A stretch of DNA of 63,398 bases, counting the filler, from Octopus bimaculoides (lineage: Eukaryota), in NCBI RefSeq assembly GCF_001194135.2. It is 8 parts of 8 records of this genome, joined end to end, with 100 filler letters (N's around TTAATTAATTAA, not from the genome) between each part and the next. Parts side by side here need not be neighbours in the genome. Positions count along the whole stretch, not along the records: positions 4,979 to 27,878 come from NC_068997.1; positions 27,979 to 39,023 come from NC_068981.1; 6 more parts are not named here. One strand, given 5' to 3'. Both the position numbers and the translations under genes were made by a program. Of this stretch, positions 26,830 to 37,879 are shown one piece after another. The notes beneath the pieces are model-generated. The model was not told where the DNA came from, made no database searches, and saw only the letters and a program-made list of their open reading frames with translations. The number at the start of each line of letters is the position of its first letter. Position 1 is the stretch's first letter.

Positions 26830-27260
26830 TTTCTACACTAGGCACAAGGACCGAAATTTTGGGGGAGAGGGCTTGTCGACTAGATCGACCCTAGAACGCA
26901 ACAGGTACTTAATTTATTGACTCAGAAAGGATGAAAGGTAAAGTCGTCCTCAGCCGATTTTGAACCCAGAACGTAAAAAACAGACGAAATACCACTAAAC
27001 ATTTCGTCCGGCGTGTTAACGATCCTTATTTTTATTTATAACCCACAAGGGACTAAACACAGAGGGGACAAACAAAGACAGACAAAGGGATAAAGTCGAT
27101 TACATCGACCCAGTGCGTAAATGGTACTTTATTTAACGACCCCGAAACGATGAAAGGCAAAGTCGACCTCGGCGGAATTTGAACTCAGAACGTAGCGGCA
27201 GACGAAATACGATAAGCATTGCGCCCGGCGTGCTAACGATTCTGCCAGCTCGCCGCCTTC
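26830..27260 (-). mobile_element. Two tandem SINE family A copies
   Basis: Family A body occurs twice in the same orientation. Confidence 0.85.
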
Positions 27261-28656
27261 TGGATAAAAACATTCACATAATCCCTAAATGCATAACGTA
27301 TATAAACGTATTGATTGCACGCATATAAATTACCTCTGATATGGGTCTAGCAAAATATGTATTCACATGTTTATAGAAGACATGAATATACACCGACAGA
27401 CGAAGAGGACACGTCCACTCGTAGACTAAGAGACACACTTCCACATACATGCGCAAATAGAATAATACATCCACATATTTGTGTGTGTGTGTGTGTGCGT
27501 GTGTGTGCGCGTGTGTGTGTATGCTTTTTTGTGCGTGTGTACGTATACGCATATAGTATATATATGTGTTATATGTGTGTATATATATATATAACAGCAT
27601 TCTGGGTGGGCTTCTGAACGCCAGACAATCTTAATCTCACTCGATTACTTAGTTACTCGTTTTTTCTACCCCTCCCTCGTTTCTTTCCTTCCACCTCTCC
27701 GTCTCTCTGTCTCTCTGTCTCTCTCTCATTTCCCTTCACTTCTCGCTATCACACTATATAATTTTACATTCTCATAATTCCCATAATTCCCGCCCCGTTC
27801 ATTCTGCCCTTCTCTTACTCCTCCTTCTATACATATACATACATACATACATATATATATATATTTATATATATATATNNNNNNNNNNNNNNNNNNNNNN
27901 NNNNNNNNNNNNNNNNNNNNNNTTAATTAATTAANNNNNNNNNNNNNNNNNNNNNNNNNNNNNNNNNNNNNNNNNNNNGTTGTGGCAGGGCATGCTAGAA
28001 ATAGCAGCCAAATCTTTGGAGGTGAGATACGTTGAATACACTTTAAAAAAAACTATGGAAAAAAATTATTTCACACTGAGATTATGAATGGGTCTTTTAC
28101 AAAATATTTACTGTACTTTTAAGCCATTTTCACTTTTAAATATGCCAAAAAAAGTTTTTGTAATGGTATTTACTTGAAAATAATTTTTTAAAATATCAAA
28201 ATATTATCTGTTTAAAGAAAGCTAAAATATAAATACTTACTGTACAAACAACTTATATTTTTGAAATCACATTCACTTAAAAATATTTCTAAACGATTAA
28301 AATATTGTGTTTAACAAAAGCAAAAATAGAAACATTTACTGTAAAAACAACTCATATAGTTTCGTTGTCAGGACACAGTGTCTAATCGAAAGGTAGGAGT
28401 TTCATCCTTTCAGGGTTTAGTTATTTTCAGTGAATTTTCCCATTATGCCTTGTTTTGGGTATTTATACCCCAAATATCCCTAATATCTCAATAACCAGTC
28501 GTCTGATTTACGCAAAACATGTTATTCTGTTCATATTCAGATTTCAGGGCAACTTAATTCATAGTATTTTCTCATTACGTGCCAGTTTGGCTGGGTAACA
28601 TTGCAAGCAAGCAAGATTCAAGATCTCTTTTAATGTATTATAGATTGATAACATTG

Positions 28657-29025
28657 CTGGATAACTAAAGAATAAAAATTACAGACAAGAATTTTACATT
28701 ATGCTTAACAGATAACTAAAGAATAAAAACTACAGATAATAATTCTACATAATGCTTAATAGAAACTTAAATACTTTATGTCACAATAATTACTTACCTA
28801 TTTATTTAATATATTAAACCCTTTTATAGGAATTAACCTTATGTAATAATTGAAAAATTATAATTAATAATATATACAATTATTGATGACTTCACTGGAT
28901 AACTAAAGAATAAAAATTACAGATAAGATAATTAAATACCTATTTATTCAGTATATTAAGCCCTTTTCTAGGAATTAACCTTATATAATAATTAAAAAAT
29001 TATTATAATTAATAGTATATACTAT
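28657..29025. repeat. AT-rich tandem duplication, period about 238 bp
   Basis: CTGGATAACTAAAGAATAAAAATTACAGA at 28657 and 28895; TAGGAATTAACCTTAT occurs twice. Confidence 0.8.
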
Positions 29026-29197
29026 ATATATATATATATATATATATATGTTTTGCAAGATTTTTGATGTGAAATCGTGTGTTGAAACAGATGTTGTACT
29101 TGGGGATGGTCATATTGCCAGTTTAGCCAATAAAAACACACGCACTGTATATTTGGTGTTAATTTGCTTCAGCTTTATATTACATTAATCCTATTTC

Positions 29198-29242
29198 GGC
29201 CAGAGTTCTTTCGTCACACTTCTGTGACCTCATCAATGGTCC
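29198..29242 (-). ncRNA. Type I hammerhead ribozyme motif (C3U variant) in a PLE 3' repeat
   Basis: Minus strand reads GGACCA-TTGATGA-G-GTCAC-AGAAGT-GTGAC-GAAA-G-AA-CTC^TGGCC, downstream (across a gap) of the GIY-YIG ORF. Confidence 0.55.
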
Positions 29243-29637
29243 TTTGCTTTCTTCTTTCTTATGTGTGTCTCACCTTGCTAACTATCAGGCATTTTGTATT
29301 TTGTATTCCTATTGTATGTGTCTACGCATGTNNNNNNNNNNNNNNNNNNNNNNNNNNNNNNNNNNNNNNNNNNNNNNNNNNNNNNNNNNNNNNNNNNNNN
29401 NNNNNNNNNNNNNNNNNNNNNNNNNNNNNNNNNNNNNNNNNNNNNNNNNNNNNNNNNNNNNNNNNNNNNNNNNNNNNNNNNNNNNNNNNNNNNNNNNNNN
29501 NNNNNNNNNNNNNNNNNNNNNNNNNNNNNNNNNNNNNNNNNNNNNNNNNNNNNNNNNNNNNNNNNNNNNNNNNNNNNNNNNNNNNNNNNNNNNNNNNNNN
29601 NNNNNNNNNNNNNNNNNNNNNNNNNNNNNNNNNNNNN

Positions 29638-30075
29638 NTCTATGTTGTTGATTGAGCCTCCATGTTCTTGCTCAGCGTGCTGGTACAGAACTGATGAGCT
29701 CTTCCCTTCCTTAAGTTCCCTCCAATGTTCGTTTGCCCGCTCCCCTATGCTCCTTGCAGTTTCGCCTACATATGTCATTGTCTTATTACTGCATTGTCCC
29801 TCTGTACATCTTATACTATAGACTACATTTCTGGTTTTACAGTTCGTTTGTGGGCTAAATCTACATACGGTACAGTTCCTATCAGTGCAGGGGATTTTAC
29901 TGAAAGGGTATGTTCTACTGATAAGGGATTTGATAGGGTTGCCTGGCCTTTCAGCAACCTTAATTCTTAGCTTAAGTTTGTCTAGGGCCCTTCTAAAGCG
30001 GTACGCCAGTTTGCCTCTAGGGGTGGTGTCGATGAACATGATTTGTGGCTATCATACCATGAACTGGCCATCGTT
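29638..30075 (-). mobile_element. PLE Cys-rich linker and GIY-YIG endonuclease (Naiad-like)
   Basis: CTDRNCTVCRFSPQTNCKTRNVVYSIRC..TYVGETARSIGERANEH..VLYQHAEQEH. The ORF runs into a gap. Confidence 0.9.
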
Positions 30076-30082
30076 ATTTAAA

Positions 30083-30391
30083 AATTCAATAATAAGGGTA
30101 GAAATTGATATTAATCAATTAAAACCAGTGGTCTAGCATATTTTTATTTCATATATTTTCATTTGTCTTGCTCTTTTACAGTCTGGTGTCTCGCTGAAAT
30201 TTTTTTTTTTGAGAACATATTCTTCATGGTTAGGTGATTCGGCATCTATTTCTAACATATAGGAGTCCACTTTTGCTGGCCATTCCTCTTAATTTTGTAT
30301 GTAATATAATTTTAATCTTCAATTTTTTAAAAATATGCTAGACCACTGGTTTTAATTGATTAATATCAATTTCTACCCTTATTATTAAATT
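30083..30391. repeat. 63-bp inverted repeat (62/63 identical), spacer 183 bp
   Basis: Arms 30083-30145 and 30329-30391. Confidence 0.9.
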
Positions 30392-30718
30392 TACTAATGG
30401 AGATATAAAATCTAGTTGTAAGGATATAAACAATATTAATTTTAATTTATACGCCAACACCAAATAGAGGAAGGGAGATAACCCTTATTTATTCCCCTAT
30501 TTTCGTTCTAAAGGTAAATCTATGTCTTTCAAAGATAGTTACACTAAAGATAAGGTAACAAATAGTAAAACAATTTGGTTAATTATTCCTTATGGGAGGC
30601 AAATTAAATCTAATCTGCCTTTGCAGTTTCTAGGTATTACTCTATTATCAACTCATACACAGTTAGGATTGGCTTTTCTAACACAAAAAATCTCTTACAA
30701 ATTATCTTTTCACATAAT

Positions 30719-31601
30719 ATGAGAAGTATATAACTATATGTATATTAAATAAAACCATATAGACTTGGAAAAAGATATATTTAGTGAATGTGAAATGTAA
30801 GAAGAAATTTAATGTTTAAATTATATATAATAACAGATGTCACTTATATGAAGTAAAAGTGTGTTTCTGCCAATGTTTACATCGGTATGCACACTCTATA
30901 ACTGTGTTTACAAGGGGATTTTTAGAAAAAAGAGTAAAAAATAGTTCAGANNNNNNNNNNNNNNNNNNNNNNNNNNNNNNNNNNNNNNNNNNNNNNNNNN
31001 NNNNNNNNNNNNNNNNNNNNNNNNNNNNNNNNNNNNNNNNNNNNNNNNNNNNNNNNNNNNNNNNNNNNNNNNNNNNNNNNNNNNNNNNNNNNNNNNNNNN
31101 NNNNNNNNNNNNNNNNNNNNNNNNNNNNNNNNNNNNNNNNNNNNNNNNNNNNNNNNNNNNNNNNNNNNNNNNNNNNNNNNNNNNNNNNNNNNNNNNNNNN
31201 NNNNNNNNNNNNNNNNNNNNNNNNNNNNNNNNNNNNNNNNNNNNAGTACAGGACTTAGTAAATTAATTTGGTATCTAAAAGACCACAATAAACAATTTAA
31301 TTTAGATTGGTTGATTCTCTCAATCTTGATACCTTATGACAAAGGCAAGGATTCTGTCTTCTCTGTAATTCTGAACTATTTTTTACTCTTTTTTCTAAAA
31401 ATCCCCTTGTAAACACAGTTATAGAGTGTGCATACCGATGTAAACATTGGCAGAAACACACTTTTACTTCATATAAGTGACATCTGTTATTATGTATAAT
31501 TTAAACATTAAATTTCTTCTTACATTTCACATTCACTAAATATATCTTTTTCCAAGTCTATATGGTTTTATTTAATATACATATAGTTATATACTTCTCA
31601 T
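30719..31601. mobile_element. PLE endonuclease C-terminus and 3' UTR (Hydra-like) with a 232-bp inverted copy
   Basis: Plus 31246-31480: STGLSKLIWYLKDHNKQFNLDW..PYDKGK/FCLLCNSE..LVN..RCKHWQK* (one frameshift). Arms 30719-30950 and 31370-31601, one mismatch seen. Confidence 0.8.
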
Positions 31602-31873
31602 TTATTTGGTTTCTTCTTTCTTTTATCCCTCCTCTTTCTATAGGCTACCTTTAACATTATATCATTTAACGTTTTTTTGAAACAAACTTATTAGTGTTCA
31701 GTTAATCACCATACATATCGATTATTTTCTGTTAAAATGTCTTATTGACGAGTCTCATTTCCAAGAGAAGATTTCATTGTTTTACACAATTTTATTCCTT
31801 TGGAATAATACCAGTGATATCTTTGAAACATGTTGGAAGTAAAAGAATTTGAATAACATCTGCATTTAACTCC

Positions 31874-31917
<44 letters not shown>

Positions 31918-31989
31918 GATCTGTGATTTTCTTTGTTTTCTTTGTTTTTCAAAGATTTTCTGTCTTTTCTTTGTTTCCTTGTTGTCTGG

Positions 31990-33608
31990 TGCAATAGTTG
32001 TCAGTCTGTTTGTCAGTTTTGCCCTAGGCCTCACGCACCCCATGGGGTCAACAGACCATGGAGAAGCAGCATTTAACTGGCTTGGGGCTGCCCGGCTTAA
32101 GGCAGGCAATGGCTTCCCATTGAGGCACAGTGACCTCTCAGACCATCGGAAGCAACTCCTGGTGCCTAGTTCTACACCAATCAAGGCATTGCTTATCACA
32201 GGTAAAGTGTTGCTTCCCATGTTTTGCCATCACTGTGAAGCGAAGCTGGAGTGACCTCTCCAGTGCTCAAAGAGCCTGGGTAGATATAGAGAAGCTGTCA
32301 TCCATGCAAAAGGTTCCCCCATCTCCATGTTGCTGGAATGGTCCAATAAAAAGGCAGGGCCAATACACATGGTTCCAGTGCCATAGCAGGAGTTGCCGGA
32401 AAGAAGCTGCATGGAGCAACAGACCGCCTTAGGGTCTCCGAATTTGGATTTTTGTCAGGTTTACTTCTTAGCCTTTCCACCTCCTGGTAGTACCCACAAG
32501 GCAGTGGGGTGTCAAGAGTTTGAAGTCAGAGTTTTCTTTCTCCTACCAACCAAGGCTAACGAGCCTTGACTACCCACCCAGTTATACTGCTAGGTACTCG
32601 GTTGCACCCTAAGAAGAATTTGCAAAACAGGGGTACCACAGGAAATTACTGCTGAGGACACAGTAATGTAGGAGAGGCCGTATACAGAAGCCCTAAGCGA
32701 TTACTACATCTGGAAAGGAGAGGCTGTTCACATATCACCTACCTTTTGCGAGCAGGACATATAGGCCAGGCCCCGCATAGGTATATGTGTATATATGAAA
32801 GAAATGAAACTAATATGATCCACTGGATGTGTAATGTCAGTGTGCATAGACAGCAGAGTGTGAGCGCCTTGAGAGAAAAGTTGGACATAAGAAGCATTAA
32901 ATGTGGTGTGCAAGAGAGATGACTGCACTGGTATACTCATATGTTATGTATGGATGAGGACAGCTGTGTGAGGAAGTGTCCTACCCTAACTGTAGAAGGA
33001 ACCTGTGGAAGCGGTAGACCCAGGAAGACACGGGATGAGGTTGTGAAGCATGACCTCAAACATTAGGTCTCATAGAGGCAATGACAGGAGTCTGAGACCT
33101 TTGGAGATACACTGTGATTGAGAAGACTCAGCAACTAAAGTGAGATCGCACCTATGGCCGATGCCAGTGTTGCATGTCCGACCCATTTAAAAGTACCCTT
33201 GATGCATTGGGTGATATATGCTTGAGAAGTCCTGTTGAGTCAAGTAAAACCAAAATTGTTGCCGTGGCCAGTGCTCCCTGACTGGCTCCCATTCCAGTGG
33301 CATGTAAAATGCACCATCCGAACGTGATTAATGCCAGTACCCCTTGACTGACTCCCATGCCAGTGGCACCTAAAAAGCACTATCCGAACGTGATTGATGC
33401 CAGGGCCTCCTGACTGGCTTCTGTGCTGGTGGCAGGTAAAAAGCACCCACTACACTCTTTGAGTGGTTAGCATTAGGAAGGGCATCCAGCTTTAGAAACA
33501 TTGCCAGATCAGATTGGAGGCTTGTGCAGCTGCTGGTTTTCCAGATCTCAGTCAAACCGGCCAACCCCTGCCGGCATGGAAAACAGACGTTAAACGATGA
33601 TGATAATG
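31990..33608 (+). mobile_element. RTE LINE derivative: probable 5' UTR joined to ORF C-terminus and 3' UTR
   Basis: From about 32800: NMIHWMCNVSV..LREKLDIRSI..CVRKC..VEGTCGSGRPRKT, then about 66-bp tandem UTR repeats and a GAT/AAT tail. The 5' UTR call for 31990-32720 is inferred. Confidence 0.7.
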
Positions 33609-33723
33609 AATAAAGCAAACAAAGGAAAAAACAATTCCTTCAAGGGAATTTTATATATATATATTTGTTAAATTGTTTCAGCTCTTAAGCTGCGGTCATG
33701 ATGCTGTTGGCTGTGCTACACCA

Positions 33724-34690
33724 TTATTTGAAACCTCTTATATGTGGTATTTTGTCAATGAGGGAGTTTGATGCTGCTGCCCTCATCTGTGTTTCCTGCC
33801 TTGAGGTCGGCTCATCTGGAATCCTTGACAGGAGGAGATCCAGTTTTCTTTTGAAGGCACATACATCCACACCATGTAGGTCTCACAGGCATTTTGGAAG
33901 TATATTGAATAGCTGTGGGCCCTTGAAACCCAAGCTGCTGCAGTATGCTGGGATCTTTGGCACTATGCATTTTGTGTAACTTCTTCTGTTTATGTAACTT
34001 TCATTGCCCAAGTTTGATACAAGGCCTTCCAGGATTTTCCAGATGTATATCAATGCATATCTTTCCTGCCTTTGTTCTAAGGAGAAGAGTTTTAACTCTT
34101 TCAGTCTTTGCCAGTAACTGATAGTTGCATTGAGACAGTTTTCTTTGTGTAGCTTTGTTGGATTGCTTCAAGTTTCCTCGTTAATTTTATATTATGTGGT
34201 AACCATAGTTGGGAGCAGTAGCCCAAGCAGCTGAAAATGTATGCACTCCAAAGGACAATTACTATTTCCTTTTCTCTCATTTTGAAATTTCAAAGGCTCC
34301 ATTCAGTTAGATGTCTCCATTTTATTACCAAATTGGTAATATGTACTGGGAAAGTTGCATCATTGCTAATGCCATGCACTGATTTTGATTCAAGGATTGC
34401 AGTTTCTCCCAGGTCAGTGTATGCTGTCTGCATGTCTTTCAGCTTTGTGTGTTGGTAGTGCAGGGCTTGGAATTTTCCTACATTAAATTGCATGGTACTG
34501 TCCTCAGCCCACCTGTATATTGCATCCAACTCCCATTACAAGTGTGCAATATTTCAAGGATTTTGGTATAGTCTGAGAGACATTTGTATCATCTGAGTAG
34601 CTAAGGGCATGTCTGAGAAGGCCACTATAAATAGCAGTGGCCTTAAGACAGTGCCCTGTGGAACACCATATACTATTTGTCTTTCCTTTG
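33724..34690 (-). mobile_element. 5'-truncated CR1-like LINE (RT C-terminal half to ORF end)
   Basis: KERQIVYGVPQGTVLRPLLF..LDAIYRWAEDSTMQFNVGKFQALHY..SLGFKGPQLFNILP..FKRKLDLLLSRIPDEP..NSLI..*. Confidence 0.85.
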
Positions 34691-34704
34691 AGGAAAGACA
34701 AATA
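34674..34704. repeat. Perfect 14-bp hairpin with 3-nt loop
   Basis: TATTTGTCTTTCCT-TTG-AGGAAAGACAAATA. Confidence 0.95.
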
Positions 34705-34776
34705 ATATATATATATATATATATAATAATATAAACAAAATATATATATACATACATATATGTACATACTGACACA

Positions 34777-34834
<58 letters not shown>

Positions 34835-34848
34835 TATATGGGTACAGG

Positions 34849-37140
34849 CAGTGGCATAGCTAAGGTAAATGGTGCCCAAGGCAAAGTCAAAATTTGCGAA
34901 AAAAAAAAACCCCCGCCCTCAATTTCCAACCTAACCCATCCAACCCGTTTTTAAAAGAAAATGAAACAGTTATTTAGTCAGAAAATATTCATAAAATTTA
35001 TTTATTTAGAAAGTAGACATTGACTATTTGAAAGGAGTGCTCTTCTAGCTTTCTTCAATGCAAAGTTGTTAATGATACAATCGAAATTAGTGTTCTCCAC
35101 TTCTTCTTGCTCAATGCTCAGCAACGTGAGGTCATGGAGTCTTCCTTGTGTCATAGAAGCTCACAGGAAGGACATGATCAGGTTCAGCTTGGTGAAGGAT
35201 CTCTTGCAACCAGCAATGGAAACAGCTACTGTCAGCAGAATCTGTATCACGATGCGAATGTTAGGGAACACACTTTCACCTCCATATTGGATGATAAATT
35301 GGAGAAACTCCTCAGGATTTTATATTTGGAGGTGTTCGCGACCTACAAGTAACATTCTGCAATCAAGGATTTCTTCGAAAAGTACAGTTGCATCGATATT
35401 GTTGCTGTATGTTTCCAAAGGTATTGCAACATGTCCGGAAATTTGCAAAACTGACATTACGCAGAAACTGGACATCGATAAGGAAGCCAAATTTGATGTC
35501 AAGATCATGCAGCTGAGAAAACCTCACGTTCATTTCTTTAAGAAGACGGTCAAATTCATTGTTTTTCGCATATTATTTTTTGCTATCAGCTCAATGTTGA
35601 TGGAAACATCGTAAATGACACATTGAGGTCTTCGACATGGCCTGATGTCAACTTGCCACCTTCTACAAATACTCAGTTCTTCTTTGAGTGAATCAGCCAC
35701 TAAAACTTATCTGGAAGCGTTAAAATAGTCGTGGAGACCTTTCAAGTCGAGAGATGCATCATGGAAATTCATTGTCAGATCCTGAAGCCTCTTTTGAACA
35801 CGATTGATTCATGTGAGGACGCTATTCCAGTAACCAAGCAATCTGAATAATTCGTAATGGAGAATACGGTTAAACAGCAAGTTAGCGTTGTTCCGTGTTT
35901 CAGTTGACTTGTTTTCATTGTTGACGATGTCTTGAAGAACTTGTAGAATTTCATTGAGGTAGTTTCTTACGTTTTTAATTGCATCCATCCGAGCACTCCA
36001 TCTCGTATCAGATTGCGACTTAGGAACCACAGGCCTTTAGTTTTTCCCAACGCTGTGTCGAACGAGGAAAAAATACATAGAGTGTTTCGATTGCACCAAA
36101 AAATGCAGACATCACCAACTCATGTTTAGCTGCGTGTAGGCTAAGTTTAACGAATGGTTGTCACAATTTACAAATAGGGCCAATTTGTTCTTTTCATTGA
36201 TTCTGTGCCCAACCATCACAAACTGCATTATCATAGCACTAGGACCTAAAATCTTCCAATGCCATTTTGTCATTGGTCAACTGCTTCAAAATTACATCAA
36301 CTAAACTCTCTTCATCCCTTTTGCCCGCCTGAATGAACCCGAGGAAGGTTTCTCTCACCCAAATGCACTTTCTTTCAAAGTCAACGTCAACATACCTTAC
36401 TACCTGCAAAATCCGCTCACGATGTGCTCTATCAGGGGTTGTGTCAAACATGAGACCATAATACTTTGCCCTGCGAATGCCCTTTAGCAGATTCTGACGA
36501 ACGGCTGATCCCATGAGGTAAATAAATTCATTCTGAACATTAGGTGAAAGATAAGATGTCAATCCAGGGTGACTCTCTATATAGCAAAGGTGTTCTTTCA
36601 TAACGGGATCAAAGGTGGCCAAATGCTTGAGCAAAGCAAGAAAATTACCGACATATGAGTCTTCAGTCAACTGAATTGACTCCCTATGACCTTGCAAAGC
36701 CAAATTCTGAGTTGCAAGAAACTTAATGCAATGTAGAATTCTCATCAAAATGTCACGCCATCTTTGCTTTTCATGGTCGATTTGTGACTTGAGAGCAGCA
36801 TCTATGAAACACTTGTTATTGATTAGATTTCTTTCTATTTCTTTCCACTGTGTGAAACGATCTCAATGATTCTCAGCGTTGTCATGAACCAACATTCATT
36901 AAGGCGCTTTCTACTAGTAAAATCCGCTTTCCTGCTCTAATGACGATTGATAATCTGATCAGGGAAAAAAGTAGACAATACAAACAGAATGCATACTTCT
37001 TATAGCGGAATAGAGTAGCCATGAATGAACAATCTCCTCACCTCGACCATTTCCCAATTTCCTTTTGAACCAGTTTTTACTTATTGAGCAGTTATTTGTT
37101 GGCAAAAAGGTCCTTCACAGTTCTGAAAATATTTCCAGCC
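34849..37140 (-). mobile_element. hAT (ZMYM1/DUF4371-like) transposase remnant with one terminus
   Basis: KNWFKRKLGNG..SWLLYS; IKFLATQNLALQGH..GNFLALLK..YLSPNVQNEFI..GLMFDTTPD; SDTRWSAR; FPNIRIVIQILLTVAVSIAGCKRSFTKL..MTQGRL (dimerization domain). TIR-like CAGTGGCATAGCTAAGG at 34849. Confidence 0.9.
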
Positions 37141-37186
37141 TAACTTAACTATTTCTATCCTCCAATATTCAGGAACTATCGCCTTC

Positions 37187-37477
37187 ATGAACTGCAAAAG
37201 TAGAAATCTAATCTACTGCATCAAATGCCCTAATTGTGAAGAACTGTATGTTGGCCAGACAGGTAATGTACTATCGGAATGCTCACGTGTGCATTGACAA
37301 CAGATTAAAAACCCAGAGGTCCACCAAATACCACTGAGTAACCATCTGGCAACATGTGATTGTGAAATTTTTATGATATTTCCATTCCATAAATTTTACA
37401 ACCTGAATGAAATTGAGAGAAAACGCAAAGAAAAGGATTTTATTAAGAAATTCAAACCCACTCTTAACAAACAATGA
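37187..37477 (+). mobile_element. PLE GIY-YIG endonuclease (Neptune-like), one in-frame stop
   Basis: MNCKSRNLIYCIKCPNCEELYVGQTGNVLSECSRVH*QQIK..PLSNHL..FPF..RKRKEKDFIKKFKPTLNKQ*; stop at 37295. Not in the ORF track. Confidence 0.85.
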
Positions 37478-37879
37478 CTAAATTAATCTTACTTGGGATT
37501 TTAAAATCTTATCCCTATAGCTAAAACACAAAAAATCTTTCAAATGTCATCATTTCTAAAAATAAACTTGGCATCATCTCTAAAAATAGCCAAACACCTA
37601 CTGCTGCTGTTGAAAGGAATATGTATAAAAGACAAAAGAACAGCCAGTCTACTACAGTACATCTTGATGATTGCCATGAGGCAGGAAAATATACTAGTCC
37701 TTATATATTTTATACTCTATATTTAATACTCAATATTTCATATATTCAATAAGACATTTAATACTTCATTTCATTTTACTATTTATATTATATATTCCAT
37801 ATTCTATATCCCACATTAATTTTATAAGAATATAAATAAAACATAAAAAACAGACAGAGTTGGAACTCTTTTAAATATG

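Noticed and set aside
27980-29025. Mitochondrial insertion
   Set aside because: AT-rich, but no mitochondrial gene, tRNA or rRNA motif was recognised.
31745-31775. Other partial hammerhead-like strings (also 9581-9607, 48028-48053, 61445-61470)
   Set aside because: Each lacks core bases or one helix; kept only as possible PLE relics.
33260-33460. Regularly spaced repeats resembling a CRISPR array (also 38380-39020)
   Set aside because: Whole units repeat with no unique spacers; they are RTE 3' UTR repeats in a eukaryote.
37295-37297. In-frame TGA in a PLE endonuclease as selenocysteine (reported for some Naiad PLEs)
   Set aside because: It falls at an expected Arg position (CGA>TGA decay), not Cys. 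TGAs in the other PLE pieces are also not at Cys sites.
37325-37336. ATACCACTG as the second hAT TIR
   Set aside because: It lies inside the PLE coding frame and is not followed by the expected 8-bp duplication GGTACAGG.
37664-37692. Hammerhead-like TTGATGA-TTGCC..GGCAG-GAAA downstream of the Neptune-like ORF
   Set aside because: No convincing helix I or III; probably a decayed motif.
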